From an uncultured delta proteobacterium (lineage in GTDB: Bacteria > Desulfobacterota > Desulfobacteria > Desulfobacterales > QNYZ01): DNA of 64,000 nucleotides. Every line of letters starts with the position of its first letter. Within the stretch, counting starts at the first letter, position 1. Location: contig CAWJQU010000002.1 of the NCBI GenBank assembly GCA_963845145.1, positions 192,001 through 256,000 of the forward strand, in the 5' to 3' direction. Made by a program: the position numbers and the translations under genes. Positions 33,913 through 45,026 of this stretch are shown piece after piece. The notes beneath the pieces are model-generated. The model ran no database searches. It saw only the letters and a list, made by a program, of their open reading frames with translations, and was not told the DNA's origin.

Positions 33913-36900
33913 ATGGGGTGCAAAAGAATGATTACCCAAAATGCTTTCAAATCATTGACGGAAAATAAAACGATGCCAAGGCAGGCGGTAAAACGAATGT
34001 TATCTTTTAAGCAATTATCAGCTATTTTTCTATTTATCCTTTCATTAGCCTTCATACTCCCCAACACGTTGCAAGCTCAAATCATCGAGACACCTTTAAG
34101 TCTATTGGAAAGCTATACCGGCCGATACGATTACACGGTTACCGGCGGCACATTGAGAACAGCGTCAAACGCGACGAATGCCTGTTCGGTGACCAATACC
34201 GGCAGCGCAACCCTATCGGGAATACCGGCGGGCGCAACGGTGGCGAAAGCCTACCTTTATTGGGCCGGCTCCGGCAGCACCCCCGATTACAATGTCACTT
34301 TTCAGGGGCAATCGGTAACGGATGTGCGAAACTACACCGGCTATTATGAAGGGGGAGGAATCTCCGGCGATTTTTTCAACGGCATTGCGGATGTTACATC
34401 AATTGTTATTAGCGGAGGTAATACCACATATACTTTTTCCGACTTAAGTGTCGATTCAGGGGGTAATTACTGTAGCTACTCCATTGTATTGGCCGGATGG
34501 TCCTTAATCGTTGTATATGAAGAACCTACCTTACCGATTAAAAAAGTAAATCTGTACGAAGGTTTTGATTTTGATCGCTACTCCGCAACCACCTTTACAT
34601 TAGACGGTTTATTGGTGCCTGCTGATGCCACCGGATCCGTCACAGGGCTTTTTTGGGAAGGTGATGAGAACTATCAGGGTACTACAGAATACCCTGAAGA
34701 GTTGACTTTTAACGGCAATAGCCTGACGGATACTTATAACCCAACCAATGGGGCTTACAACTCGACCATAAATTCTCTTGGCGTCTCTAATTCCTGGGGC
34801 GTCGATTTGGATACCTTCGATGTATCTAATTTTTTAAGCGAAGGGGATACGTCGGCCACCGTCGTGACACGTTCCGGGCAAGATCTAATCATAAAAAATC
34901 TGGTGATCATTGCTGCTGACACCTATGCACCGGAATTTACAATTTCAAAAACATCGGATGCAACAGGTCCCGTCGAACCTGGAGATACCGTCACTTATAC
35001 AATCGAAGTGGAGAACACGGGCACTGGCTCAGCCACGGATGTGACCATTTCTGATGTCCTGCCCGATGGGCTGAGCTATGTCGACGGTAGCGCCCAGAAA
35101 ACTTACCCAGCATCGGGTGGCACCCAATCACTTGGTATTGAAGACTCTTCCAGCGTGCCTCCTTTCGACAACAACTGCCCAACAGAAGAGGCGGTTACCA
35201 TTAATGTACCCGATAGTTTTATAATAAATGATCTCAATGTAGGCTTCAATTTGGATCACACTTGGAAGGGAGACATGAACCTATGGGTAACGTCGCCTAC
35301 TGGTACGAGGGTACAACTGATTACTGATCGAAATGATCCCTCCAACAATTGGGATGTATTGTTCGACTCTGATTCAAGCAATTCATACACAACACTTTTT
35401 GGTACCCACAACACAAATACGCCATATTATGATGTTATTGGTCAACCCTTAAACACTTTGGATGTTTTTGACGGTGAAGATGCCCAAGGTGATTGGATAA
35501 TTTCATTTTGCGATGAATATGGTCAGGATACCGCATACTATAATCGTAGCCTCCTTGAATTTTCGTACACAGGATCCGGAGGCACCGTGACCGATGCAGC
35601 CAATCCCCCCCCTGGATTGGTAACATCACTCGATAATATCGATCTTTTGCCGGATGAAACATTGACCGTCACCTATCAAGTCACTGTGGACGCAAATACA
35701 GTAGGCATGCAAACCAATACAGCGACTGTAAACAGCGCTGAATCCGACCCACAAAGCGACGACGAAACCATTTATGTATTCGGTGCTCTGGATTCATGGG
35801 AAAGCACTTACACCGCCGAGGTTAACAGCTACCATCGTGATCCCCATGGTAGCGGCAGAGGTACCGATATTATCTATACTGGTGCACCTGGATATCCACC
35901 CAGCACCGGTTTTGAGGTTGCCTATTATGACGCGGCCGGTAATCTCGTTTATACGGATACAGCGGCTTCCAGCGATGCATCCGGATTTCTAACTAGCACC
36001 TATGATAATAGTATCGATACGGTTGCCTACGGGTCCTGGACGGCGATCGTCATACCGGATGGCACTACTCCCCAAGCGACGTTGAGTGCTCAATTATCGG
36101 ATGCATCAACCCTTGCTGCGGATACCTTTGACGTAACAACATGGAGCACAACGCAGTTCACCGATGCTGGCGGAAACCCCGTGACCGATTACGACCTGAG
36201 TAGCGGATCCAATACAGCGTATATTCAAGTGGCCGATCAGGATCAAAACAACGATCCAAATGTCGCCGAAATCATTACCGTCATCGTCACCAGCCTTTCC
36301 GGCGACAGTGAAACGGTCACCTTAACAGAAACCGGACCCGATACGGGTATCTTTACTTCTTCCCTCCCATTATCTACATCTTCAGGTGGTAGTGTAAATG
36401 ACGGAACCCTCTTTGTTTTAGAGGGCGGGGCGGGCCTAGTCGTAAATTATGTGGATGGCGATGATCCAGGCGATACGTCTAGCGACGATGCCAACACTCC
36501 GACGCTTGCGGTGATAGAATCCTTTGGCGCCTACACCGCAGGCGGTCAAGTGATGGTGGAGTGGCAGACCGCATCTGAAAACCGCACCATAGGTTTTCAT
36601 CTGGAGCGGTTAAACGAAAAGAGAGACAAGTATCGCCGCATCAATCGGAAGTTGTTACCTGGCCTGCTGGTCTCTCCTCAGGGGGGCGCCTACCGCTACC
36701 CCGATAAAAAGGCCCAACCCGGCAGCACCTATACTTACCAACTGGTCGAAAAAGAAGTGGGGGGTAAACAGCGTGTATATGGTCCCTTTACCGTCACCGT
36801 GGATGATCCAAAATTTGAAAGCCAATATGCTCTTGGTGAAAATAGCGACACCATCAATGTTGATGGCGCTTCACTCGAACGCAAAGTCAAAAAACGAAAA

Positions 36901-39030
36901 AAGCGAATAAAAAGGGCCGTGCGTAAAATAAAGAAAGACCGACGCATTGTACGTAAAAGTGGCCGGCTCGGCATGAATATTTCCCTTGAGGCCAATGGTC
37001 TCTATTTTATTTCCACCGACGACATCGCCCATTCACTTAACGTATCACTCCCTAAAGTTAAAAGGTGGATCAAGTCAAGACGGTTCGCCCTTACCCATCA
37101 AGGCCTACCGGTAGCCTGGCAATCGGCCCCCAATGGCGACGGCCTTTATTTCTACGGTGAAGCAATCGATAGTCATTATACTACCGTTAACGTTTACCAG
37201 CTCACTCGGGGTAAAGGGAAAATGATCACGGCGATACAGGGTGAGGGACCTGAAGCGCTTGACATGCTTGACGGCTTTACGGCCGAAACCCATGCCGAAC
37301 TCGACCAATGGGCCTGACCGGGCTGTTCGATGATCCCAACGAGGATTATTGGGCATGGGATTATCTGATCGCCGGTTATGCTGAACATGAGCAAAAGCGT
37401 TTTAGCATCAGGCCCCCGGCCTGGTTGCGGGTACGGCGAGTCATCTGACGGTTCATTTCAAGGGGGGCCAGGATACGGACCATAAGGTTTTGGTTAGCGT
37501 CAATGAGACACCGTCGGTGAAATTCAATTCAGCGGGACCATCTCGCACAGCGCTACTCTGGATATCCCGGCCGGGATCCTGACAGAAGGTGAACAACACG
37601 GTAACCTTGACCGCCCTGGAACCGCCCGTGGTGACGGAGACCAGTATCGTTTACATCGACAGCTTCGATCTGTCATACAAAAAAGCCTTTACCGCCAGAC
37701 AAGACCAACTGCACTTTAAGGCCGAAGGTCGGGAGGTGATAACCGTTGATGGTTTCAGCAACGACAATATTCAGGTCTTTGATGTGACCGATCCTTTGAA
37801 AATCATCCAAACCAAGGCGATCACCATTGAAGGGGCCGAAGACGGCAGTTATAAAGTGAGCCTATGGGCCGATAATCCCGACGGCCGATTTCTGGCTTTG
37901 GCCGATCCGGCCATTAAGGTTCCGGGCGCAGACGCTTTAACGTCCTTTAACACCCAATATTTAAAGCAGACCAGCCACTCGGTGGATTACCTGGTGATCA
38001 CACCGGAAGAATTAAAAGATGGGGCCCAGGACCTGGCCGACTATCGTCAAGGCCGGGGTTATGACACGATGGTGGTATTGTTGCCGGATATCTACGATGC
38101 GTTCAACTTCGGGATTGCCAATCCCGAAGCAGTCCGGGATTTTCTGGAATATGCTTGGCACAATTGGCGCAAAGCGCCCCGCTATGTTGTCCGCGTGGGT
38201 GACGGAAGCCATGATTATAAAGATATACGAGGATTCGGCTGACACCTTGATGCCGCCTTATATGATCGCCACACCTTATGGTCTGTCTGCATCGGAGAAT
38301 CGTTTGGCCGACGTAGACGGTTCCGATGATGGTCTTCCCGAAATGGTCATGGGGCTGCTTCCGGCCAAAACAGTAGAGGATTTAACAGGCATGATAGACA
38401 AAATCATCGCTTACGAAGAATCTGCCGGGGATTGGAAAAACAATGTATTGATGGTGGCCGACAATCCCGACGACGGCGGAGACTTCACGTCCGACAGTGA
38501 TGCCGTGGCCACGTTAGTGCCGGATGGCTACACGACAACATCGATTTACCTGGAAGATCTGGGTCTGTCCGAAACTAGGGATGCTCTAACCACGGGTTTT
38601 AATGACGGGGCTTTTTTGGTGAACTACTTTGGTCATGCCGGAATTAGACAAACTGGGCAGTGAAGGTATATGGACAATGACCGACGTAGACAACATGACA
38701 AACCAAAACCGCCTGCCGATTGTTCTCGGAATGACCTGTGTGGCTGGACGATTTGAGATACCTGGGGTTGATGCCATTGGGGAACATATGGTGGTCAAGC
38801 CCGCCGGAGGCGCGGTGGCCGCTTGGGTGCCCACGGGACTTTCATTAAACGATCAGGCGCGTATGTTGGATGAGGATTTTTTCAAAGCCGTATTTACAGA
38901 TAATCAGACGGTGTTGGGTGATGCAATCCTTGCCGCATTGACCGCATACAAGAGCCGAGATTTGGATGACAACTCGTTTATGCTCGATATTTATACACTA
39001 ATCGGAGATCCGGCTTTGGTGCTAAAGTAA
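33913..39030 (+). CDS. C25 peptidase 3 with cargo of DUF3344-like, DUF11 and proprotein-convertase P-like domains; several frameshifts at 37310-38640
   Basis: Signal peptide, 'IPAGATV.KAYLYWAG', 'GWSLIVVYE', DUF11 'ISKT...PGDTVTYTIEVEN', P-domain 'HTW.GD....TSP.GT...F.GE.A.G.W', 'PTLAVIESF' Ig-like domain, basic linker, then C25 fragments (37589..38242, 38019..38663, 38629..39030) with GHAG and GMTC. Confidence 0.82.
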
Positions 39031-39055
39031 AGCGCAAACAGTTTGTATAGATGAT

Positions 39056-39086
39056 AAAGCCGTGAGGCATCTCCTTCGGGCTTTTC
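39056..39086. terminator. Imperfect terminator-like hairpin between the convergent C25 and RiPP operons
   Basis: aaagcc...cgggctttt, related in sequence to the hairpin at 33461. Confidence 0.45.
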
Positions 39087-39129
39087 TTCCTTAAGAATTC
39101 TGTCTTGCGATATAGTTAATATTTCTGGA

Positions 39130-39670
39130 TCCAGATTATTTTAAAGTTGAGTCGTTTGATCGACGGGTGAATTTTTTAATCGACTAAATGTATAAAAAGA
39201 TAATCGATTTGGCGATGCCTGCCAAGGCATTAAGATAGTTAATATTCGTTGGTGTTTTGATTCCATGTCTATGCATTTCACCTTAACCTTGGAATCGGTA
39301 TTTTTTCAATCTTAACAACCTTTCCTAAAACCTTCTTACTGGAAACCGGATCGTCATTAATACGTTCTCAGGCATCCCCTTTGGTCAAAAAATGTAATTG
39401 CCCCATTCGATTCTTTTTTTATGAATAATGCGGTGAAGGATGGGCAAAGCATTCGGCCATTTTTAAAAAAAATGAGATCGCCTCGATGCAATGGAAGCGC
39501 AAGGAACGCTTTTTATCGTCACAATTTCTCCTCCGCTTAGAAAAGGAGCCATACTCCGGCCAGTGACTTTCACACGGAGAGTTGATCCCGTTGATAAAAT
39601 ATCTTCAAAAAGACGGGTTACTGATGGAACTTTTTTTTTTAACAGGTGAGAGATGATTTTGAATACCCAT
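39130..39670 (-). CDS. S24/S26-family (signal peptidase-like) peptidase, frameshift-fragmented and absent from the ORF track
   Basis: Manual minus-strand translation across frames: 'EDILSTGSTLRVKVTGRSMAPFLSGGE', 'RGDL', 'HRII', 'TKGDA', 'GKVVKIEK'. The 3' end is approximate. Confidence 0.65.
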
Positions 39671-40595
39671 TATTTCACTGGAAATGAATTTTTCCAAAAC
39701 ATCCACGACCTCGACATTAGGTTTGAAATCAAGTTCATAGGCCGGAACATTTAAAACCAGATCTTCACAAAAATCCAGAATTTTCGGCATGATGTCCCGA
39801 TCATACCAAGGAATTGAGGTGACCGGCAGTAGTCGTGCTATCGCCTGCTTCGGCTTGATGTCTTTAATCCGGTTTTGAAATCCGTGATTGATGAAAAAGA
39901 TACCGGAAAGGGGCATACTGTTATTTACAGCAATACCGGCTTCTCCCGGCCAAGGGGTCCATAAGCATTCAAATTTATCATCAATTTTTCTAACGATCAA
40001 TTCGGTCATCACTGAGAAGATTGAAATTTAACCTGCCGCAAAAATTGCCGGTTAAAGTGCTTTTCCCTGCACCTGATTTTCCGGGAAAAAAGTACCCTTT
40101 TTATTAATATTAATCCCCGCCGCATGAACATAACGCCCTTTATTGTGGGCCAGAATATACATGAGCAGAATTTGATCAAGGGGATAGCGAACGGGATTAG
40201 AAATAGTAATTTTTCCATTTTCTATTGACTTATAGACTTCATTGCTGCAATATACAGTTGCCTCGGATAAATCGCTGGTTTATCCTTGCCAACCAGAAAG
40301 GTTGTTTAAAGTTGGCGGAGAATGGTTAAGAAATATATAATCGTTACCGTCCTTGAAACATCGACCAAGACTGATCAGCTATCAAAAAGTTTTTCCTATT
40401 GATCTAACATTGGGCATTTCCCAAGGTTTAGATATCGAATTTGAATTTCAACATAATCAGATCTCAGAGTAGCTATGTATCTTTCCCAGAAAAGAGCGAT
40501 AAGATAATCCGGGTCCGGAATCTAACAATTTGACTACATGTCGCAACTAATGCAAAACCGACATCAGCAATTTCTAGATGGGTCGAATCCGTCAT
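39605..40595 (-). CDS. HPr-kinase-like / ScmC-like P-loop protein, fragmented
   Basis: ATG at 40595 with a purine-rich RBS; Walker A 'GKSGAGKST' near 40060-40085; 'LSDDR'; 'TPWPGEAG' and 'P.YEL.F.P' in ORF 39605..40012. Confidence 0.65.
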
Positions 40596-40631
40596 ATAGT
40601 CTTTCCTATCCTAATAGAACATAGATGTCGA

Positions 40632-40818
40632 TTAGGAGCTATGAAACATCGCGCATCAAACGAGTACAAGAACATTGTGACGGCTGCCAGATCCAGTACT
40701 GAATCCTGATAACTTACATCCAACTGCCAAGTACTTCTTCAGCAGCCAGCTCAATGGTTCTAAGCTTTGGTTTCTTATAACCTTGTTTTAGTTTTTTCTT
40801 GTTTTTCTCCGATTGCAT
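40632..40818 (-). CDS. Putative RiPP precursor peptide (about 55-62 aa; unannotated)
   Basis: AAGGGAG RBS + ATG 40818 gives MQSEKNKKKLKQGYKKPKLRTIELAAEEVL. As written it then reads GSWM*; removing one base gives AVGCKLSGFSTGSGS... It has a YxxPxL leader motif and lies 2 bp downstream of the rSAM stop. The C-terminus is uncertain. Confidence 0.65.
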
Positions 40819-40820
40819 TT

Positions 40821-41926
40821 TTAGATCTCCCTTATTAATTTACTGTTTTCGATTGCTTGAAACCGATATTCTCCCAAGGCGCATAAATACTCGGAAAAAA
40901 TATCTTCTGCACCATTTTCCAATCTTAAAAAAGGAGGGCAAAACCGCACAGAAGTAATCTTCTCGCATTTATTACAAGAATTGGCAGCTCCGGCCTTTTT
41001 TTCTCTAATACTTGGGAGTGACGTCCTGCCAGCCTTCCATAAATCACCTTTCATCAATTTATACTGAAGGGTCGTCACCATCAGACAGGGTTGAAGCTTA
41101 CCGTAAGGATCAATATGGAAATTGGTATGGCCGGTGCCACAATTATATAAGAAATCTGATATAAAAACCCCCTTCATCCGGTCAAAATAGTTTTTCCATT
41201 GCTTAGCAACCTGTCATTCATTTGAAAATTCTTTTTCAACTACTTCTTCGGGGTCAACCCTAAGTAAAACAGGTGCTTTATTACCGTTAAAGCAAGGAAA
41301 AATAGCTGGATCAAAACGAAAATTTACACCATAATTCTTAGCAATATTTTCAATATCATAAAACTCATGAAGGTTTAGCGTCATTAAAATTGTTTTGAGT
41401 TTCACGTTGATATTGTGATCTAAAAGGTTTTTAATACCGTTGCGGCATTGCTTGTATGATCCTTTGATCCCCGTAATTTTTTCATAAGTAGGCGCAGTAG
41501 CTCCGTATAAGCTGATTTCAACCGATTGCGGCGGCAAATCTTTGAATAGTTGAATAATCTCGTCGGTGATCAAGGTACCATTGGTAAAAACGGTCACCAA
41601 CAACCCATTGGTTTTAGCGTGACTGATAAATATCACCAAAGTCCTTTCTTAAAAAGGGTTCTCCTCCCGTAATGAGAAGATACAGACATCCCGCCTCGGT
41701 AATCTCATCAATTATAGAAATCCATTGTAGCTGTGGTGAGCTCTTTTTCACTTTTTCTATTGATCGATCTCTTTGTCGCCTAAATAACAATGAACACATC
41801 TCAAGTTACACCGCTGGGTAAGATCAATACTGCCGGACAACGGAATTCGCTGTTCAGCGACCTTTCTTATTAAACTGTCGCAAATACTCTTTATTGCTTA
41901 ACCATTCGGTTTTGGGGGCAATCCAT
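40821..41926 (-). CDS. Radical SAM/SPASM peptide maturase, copy A (fragmented)
   Basis: 'SIDLTQRCNLRCVHCY' (CxxxCxxC), 'ITGGEP', 'FTNGTL', 'EISLYG', 'CGTG...IDPYG.LQPC' and C-terminal 'CNKC.....CP'. Confidence 0.85.
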
Positions 41927-41928
41927 GC

Positions 41929-42247
41929 TTACATAACCCCGACAATTAATTCAGCTTTTAAAAGTTCATCAATGAACTCCAAAATATCTGCCCGCCGCCT
42001 CGTCCCGACCGATACCATAGAAATCGATCACACTCATAAGAATATCTTTAACCTTTTTTTCACCATCCAACTGCTGCCAAATATATTCCGAGACATCATC
42101 CAATGCGAAAATCCGTTGCATATCAGCCAATTTTCCCTTGATCGGAACCAGGATTGTTTCTCCTGCAATCTCCCGGGAAACAATCTCCTCTTTTTTTTTA
42201 AATTTCTGCTGCCAAATATCCTGCTCTGAACTCATAGTGTTGTCCAA
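41929..42247 (-). CDS. PqqD-family RiPP recognition element (RRE), copy A
   Basis: 'IVSREIAGETILVPI.......IF.L......IWQQLDG.......L...Y.I....A..D...F..EL.'; frameshift near 41995. Confidence 0.85.
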
Positions 42248-42458
42248 TTAAATATGAAACATGATCGGTTGATACGCCTCAAAATTTCCAAAATAAACGA
42301 ATTGATCAAGCGTATTCAATATATCGCAAACACTCTAAAAATACAAGGAATTTGGCCCATCAAACCCATTTTTTGTTATTTGACTTACACCGAGAGTATT
42401 TGTTTTCGGTCCCGATTCTTTTGTTTTAGGTTTATTTGTGTTTTATCAAATGGTCCGG

Positions 42459-42764
42459 TCACTCGCATAATTTCTCGATTTCAGAATATGGCTTAAGCAC
42501 ACATTTTAAAAATGTTGCCTGTTCTTTTTCGGTATATTCCGCTCCGTATGCAACCATATTTTCGATATTGCTCTGCCACCAGATTTGAGGCCGGTCTTTC
42601 ACCAGATTACGACAAATTCGCTCGGTCGTGTGGCAATCCGTGCACTTTTTCGTTAGGAGGCTCACGCACGGGGATTCATCAACGCCCAATCCGGGGAGAG
42701 GGTGTAAGATCACCATCCACAAAAGAAAAACGATAATAATGAAGGATATTTTTTTCAGAATCAT
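42459..42764 (-). CDS. Small exported monoheme cytochrome c, copy A
   Basis: Signal peptide, CTDCH heme motif and distal 'W..NIENM..YGA'. Confidence 0.75.
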   Translation of the reverse strand: MILKKISFIIIVFLLWMVILHPLPGLGVDESPCVSLLTKKCTDCHTTERICRNLVKDRPQIWWQSNIENMVAYGAEYTEKEQATFLKCVLKPYSEIEKLCE

Positions 42765-42795
42765 TCCAACTTTCAAAATATTAGCCAGTATCGTT

Positions 42796-43666
42796 TTAAA
42801 GCAAATTATATCGTAGGCTAGTGACCATCAGGCAGGGTTGAAGATTACCGTAAGCATTTATATGAAAATTGGTCAGGCCTGTGCCGCAGGTATATAAAGA
42901 ATCCGATATAACAACACCCTTCATCCTGTCAAAATATTTTTTCCATTGCTTTGACCTATCATCGTCGGAAAATTCTTTTTTGACCACTTCTTCGGGGTCA
43001 ACCCGAAGGCTGACAGGTGCTTTATTCCCATCAAAACACGGGAAAATCGCAGGATCAAAGCGAAACTTTACGCCATAATTCTTGGCAATATTTTCAATAT
43101 CATAAAACTCATGACGGTTTAGCGACATCAAAATTGTTTTGAGTTTCACGTTGATATCGTTATCCAAAAGCTTTTCAATACCATCGCAGCACCGCTTGTA
43201 TGATCCTTTCACCCCCGTAATTTTTTCGTAAGTAGGCGCGGTAGCGCCGTATAAGCTGATTTCAACCGCTTTCGGTGGTAAATCTTGGAATAGTTTAATT
43301 ATCTCGTCGGTGACCAAGGTTGCATTGGTAAAAACGGTCACCAATAACCCTTTTTTCTTGGCGTGAGAGTAAATTTTACCGAAATCTTTTCTAAGGAGAG
43401 GCTCTCCGCCAGTAATAAGCAGATACAGGCAGCCGACTTCAGTAATCTGATCTATTATAGAAATCCATTTAGCTGTGCTCAGTTCTCTTACATTTTTTCC
43501 ATTGATGACTTTTTCGCCACCTAAATAACAGTGAACACACCTCAAGTTACACCTGTGAGTGAGATCAATGCTTCCGGTTCAATGGGATTCGTTGTTGAGA
43601 AACTTTCTTTTTAAACCGTTGCAGATACTCTTCATTGCTTAACCATTGGTTTTGGGGGCAATCCAT
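42796..43666 (-). CDS. Radical SAM maturase, copy B, truncated before the last SPASM cysteines
   Basis: HRCNLRCVHCY, ITGGEP; ends 'LQPCLMVTSLRYNLL*' at the junction with the cytochrome copy A leader. Frameshift near 43575. Confidence 0.8.
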
Positions 43667-43668
43667 AC

Positions 43669-43987
43669 TTACGTAACCCCGACAATTAGTTCAGCTTCCA
43701 ATAGCTCATCAATAAACTCCAAAATATCGTCCGCCGCCTCGTCCCGACCGATACCATACAAATCGATCACACTTATAAGAATATCTCTTAACCTTTTTTT
43801 CACCATCCAACTGCTGCCAAATATATTCAGAGACGTTTTCCAATGCGAAAATCCGCTGCATATCGGCCAATTTTCCCTTGATCGGAACCAGGATTGTTTC
43901 TCCTGCAATCTCCCGGGAAACAATTTCCTCTTTTTTTTTGAATTTCTGCTGCAAAATATCCTGCTCAGAGCTCATAGTGTTGTCCAA
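43669..43987 (-). CDS. PqqD-family RRE, copy B
   Basis: Near-identical to copy A; frameshift in a homopolymer near 43795. Confidence 0.85.
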
Positions 43988-44194
43988 TTAAATAGAAATA
44001 TGACCGCTTAATTTACCTCAAAATTCCCAAAAAAAACCAATTGACCAAGCGTATTCAATATATTGCAAATACTCTAAAAACACAAGGAATTTGGTCCATC
44101 AAACTCATTTTTTGTTATTTGACTTACATCGAGAGTATACGCTTTAGGTCCCGATCTTGTTTTAGGTTTATTTGTGTTTTATCAAATGGTCCGG

Positions 44195-44500
44195 TCACTC
44201 GCACAATTTCTCGATTTCAGAATATGGCTTAAGCACACATTTTAAAAACGTTGCCTGTTCTTTTTCGGTATATTCCGCTCCGTATGCAACCATATTTTCG
44301 ATATTGCTCTGCCACCAGATTTGAGGCCGGTCTTTCACCAGATTACGACAAATTCGCTCGGTCGTGTGGCAATCCGTGCACTTTTTCGTTAGGAGGCTCA
44401 CGCACGGGGATTCATCAACGCTCAATCCGGGGAGAGGGTGTAAGATCACCATCCACAAAAGAAAAACGATAATAATGAAGGATATTTTTTTCAGAATCAT
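44195..44500 (-). CDS. Small exported monoheme cytochrome c, copy B
   Basis: Differs from copy A by about one residue (GLGVD versus GLSVD). Confidence 0.75.
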   Translation of the reverse strand: MILKKISFIIIVFLLWMVILHPLPGLSVDESPCVSLLTKKCTDCHTTERICRNLVKDRPQIWWQSNIENMVAYGAEYTEKEQATFLKCVLKPYSEIEKLCE

Positions 44501-44586
44501 TCCAACTTTCAAAATATTAGCCAGTATTTTATTATAATGTTGGGACAGAAAATGTATTGAGTATGATATGTTAAATTGTGTTTTTA

Positions 44587-45026
44587 AGTGTGTAAGATGT
44601 TTACTATCCCCAGTTGACGCCAAAGAAACGCGGGTCTTGAGCTAACTGCTGCGTCGCCGCCGCCGAAGCGCGGAAGAGCAAATTGTAGATAAGCTTTCGC
44701 CGCCCCAAGGTCAACAGCCGCAGTTCGGCTGGTAACGTAAACGTGAGCAAGAAGTAAGGGACAGGCAGTAACAATCCCTGTTGCCGTTCCAACCAATCCT
44801 GCCCCGCCTGATACTGACACTTGGGGCAATGACGATTCTGGCAGGAATGGTAGTTATATTGGGTCGTTTCACATGCCTGGCAAGTGTAGAGATGTCCGCC
44901 GCAAACAGCCGTGCGACAGTTGACCACATCTTGCATAACCCGACGGTGACTGGGAAGCAGTTGGTCTTGATGCGTTCGTTGATAAACCGGTCCAAACTGG
45001 CGCAAGATATGAGCCAGTTCTACCAT
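44587..45026 (-). pseudogene. IS91-family transposase, N-terminal Zn-binding part
   Basis: 'CRT...GGH.Y.C..C......YHSC.NRHCPKCQ', 'LLPVPYF.LTFTLP'; breaks off at 'LGIVNILHT', just before the HUH motif. Confidence 0.85.

Larger units (their letters stand above)
41050..44527. repeat. About 1.74-kb direct tandem duplication (cytochrome c - PqqD - rSAM)
   Basis: Homologous positions are offset by about 1740 bp; tttcaaaatattagccagtat ends at both 42791 and 44527. Confidence 0.85.

Noticed and set aside
42254..42496. Plus-strand ORFs here and at 44041..44232 as alternative RiPP precursors
   Set aside because: Opposite strand to the operon, not conserved in frame between the duplicated copies and no leader motif.
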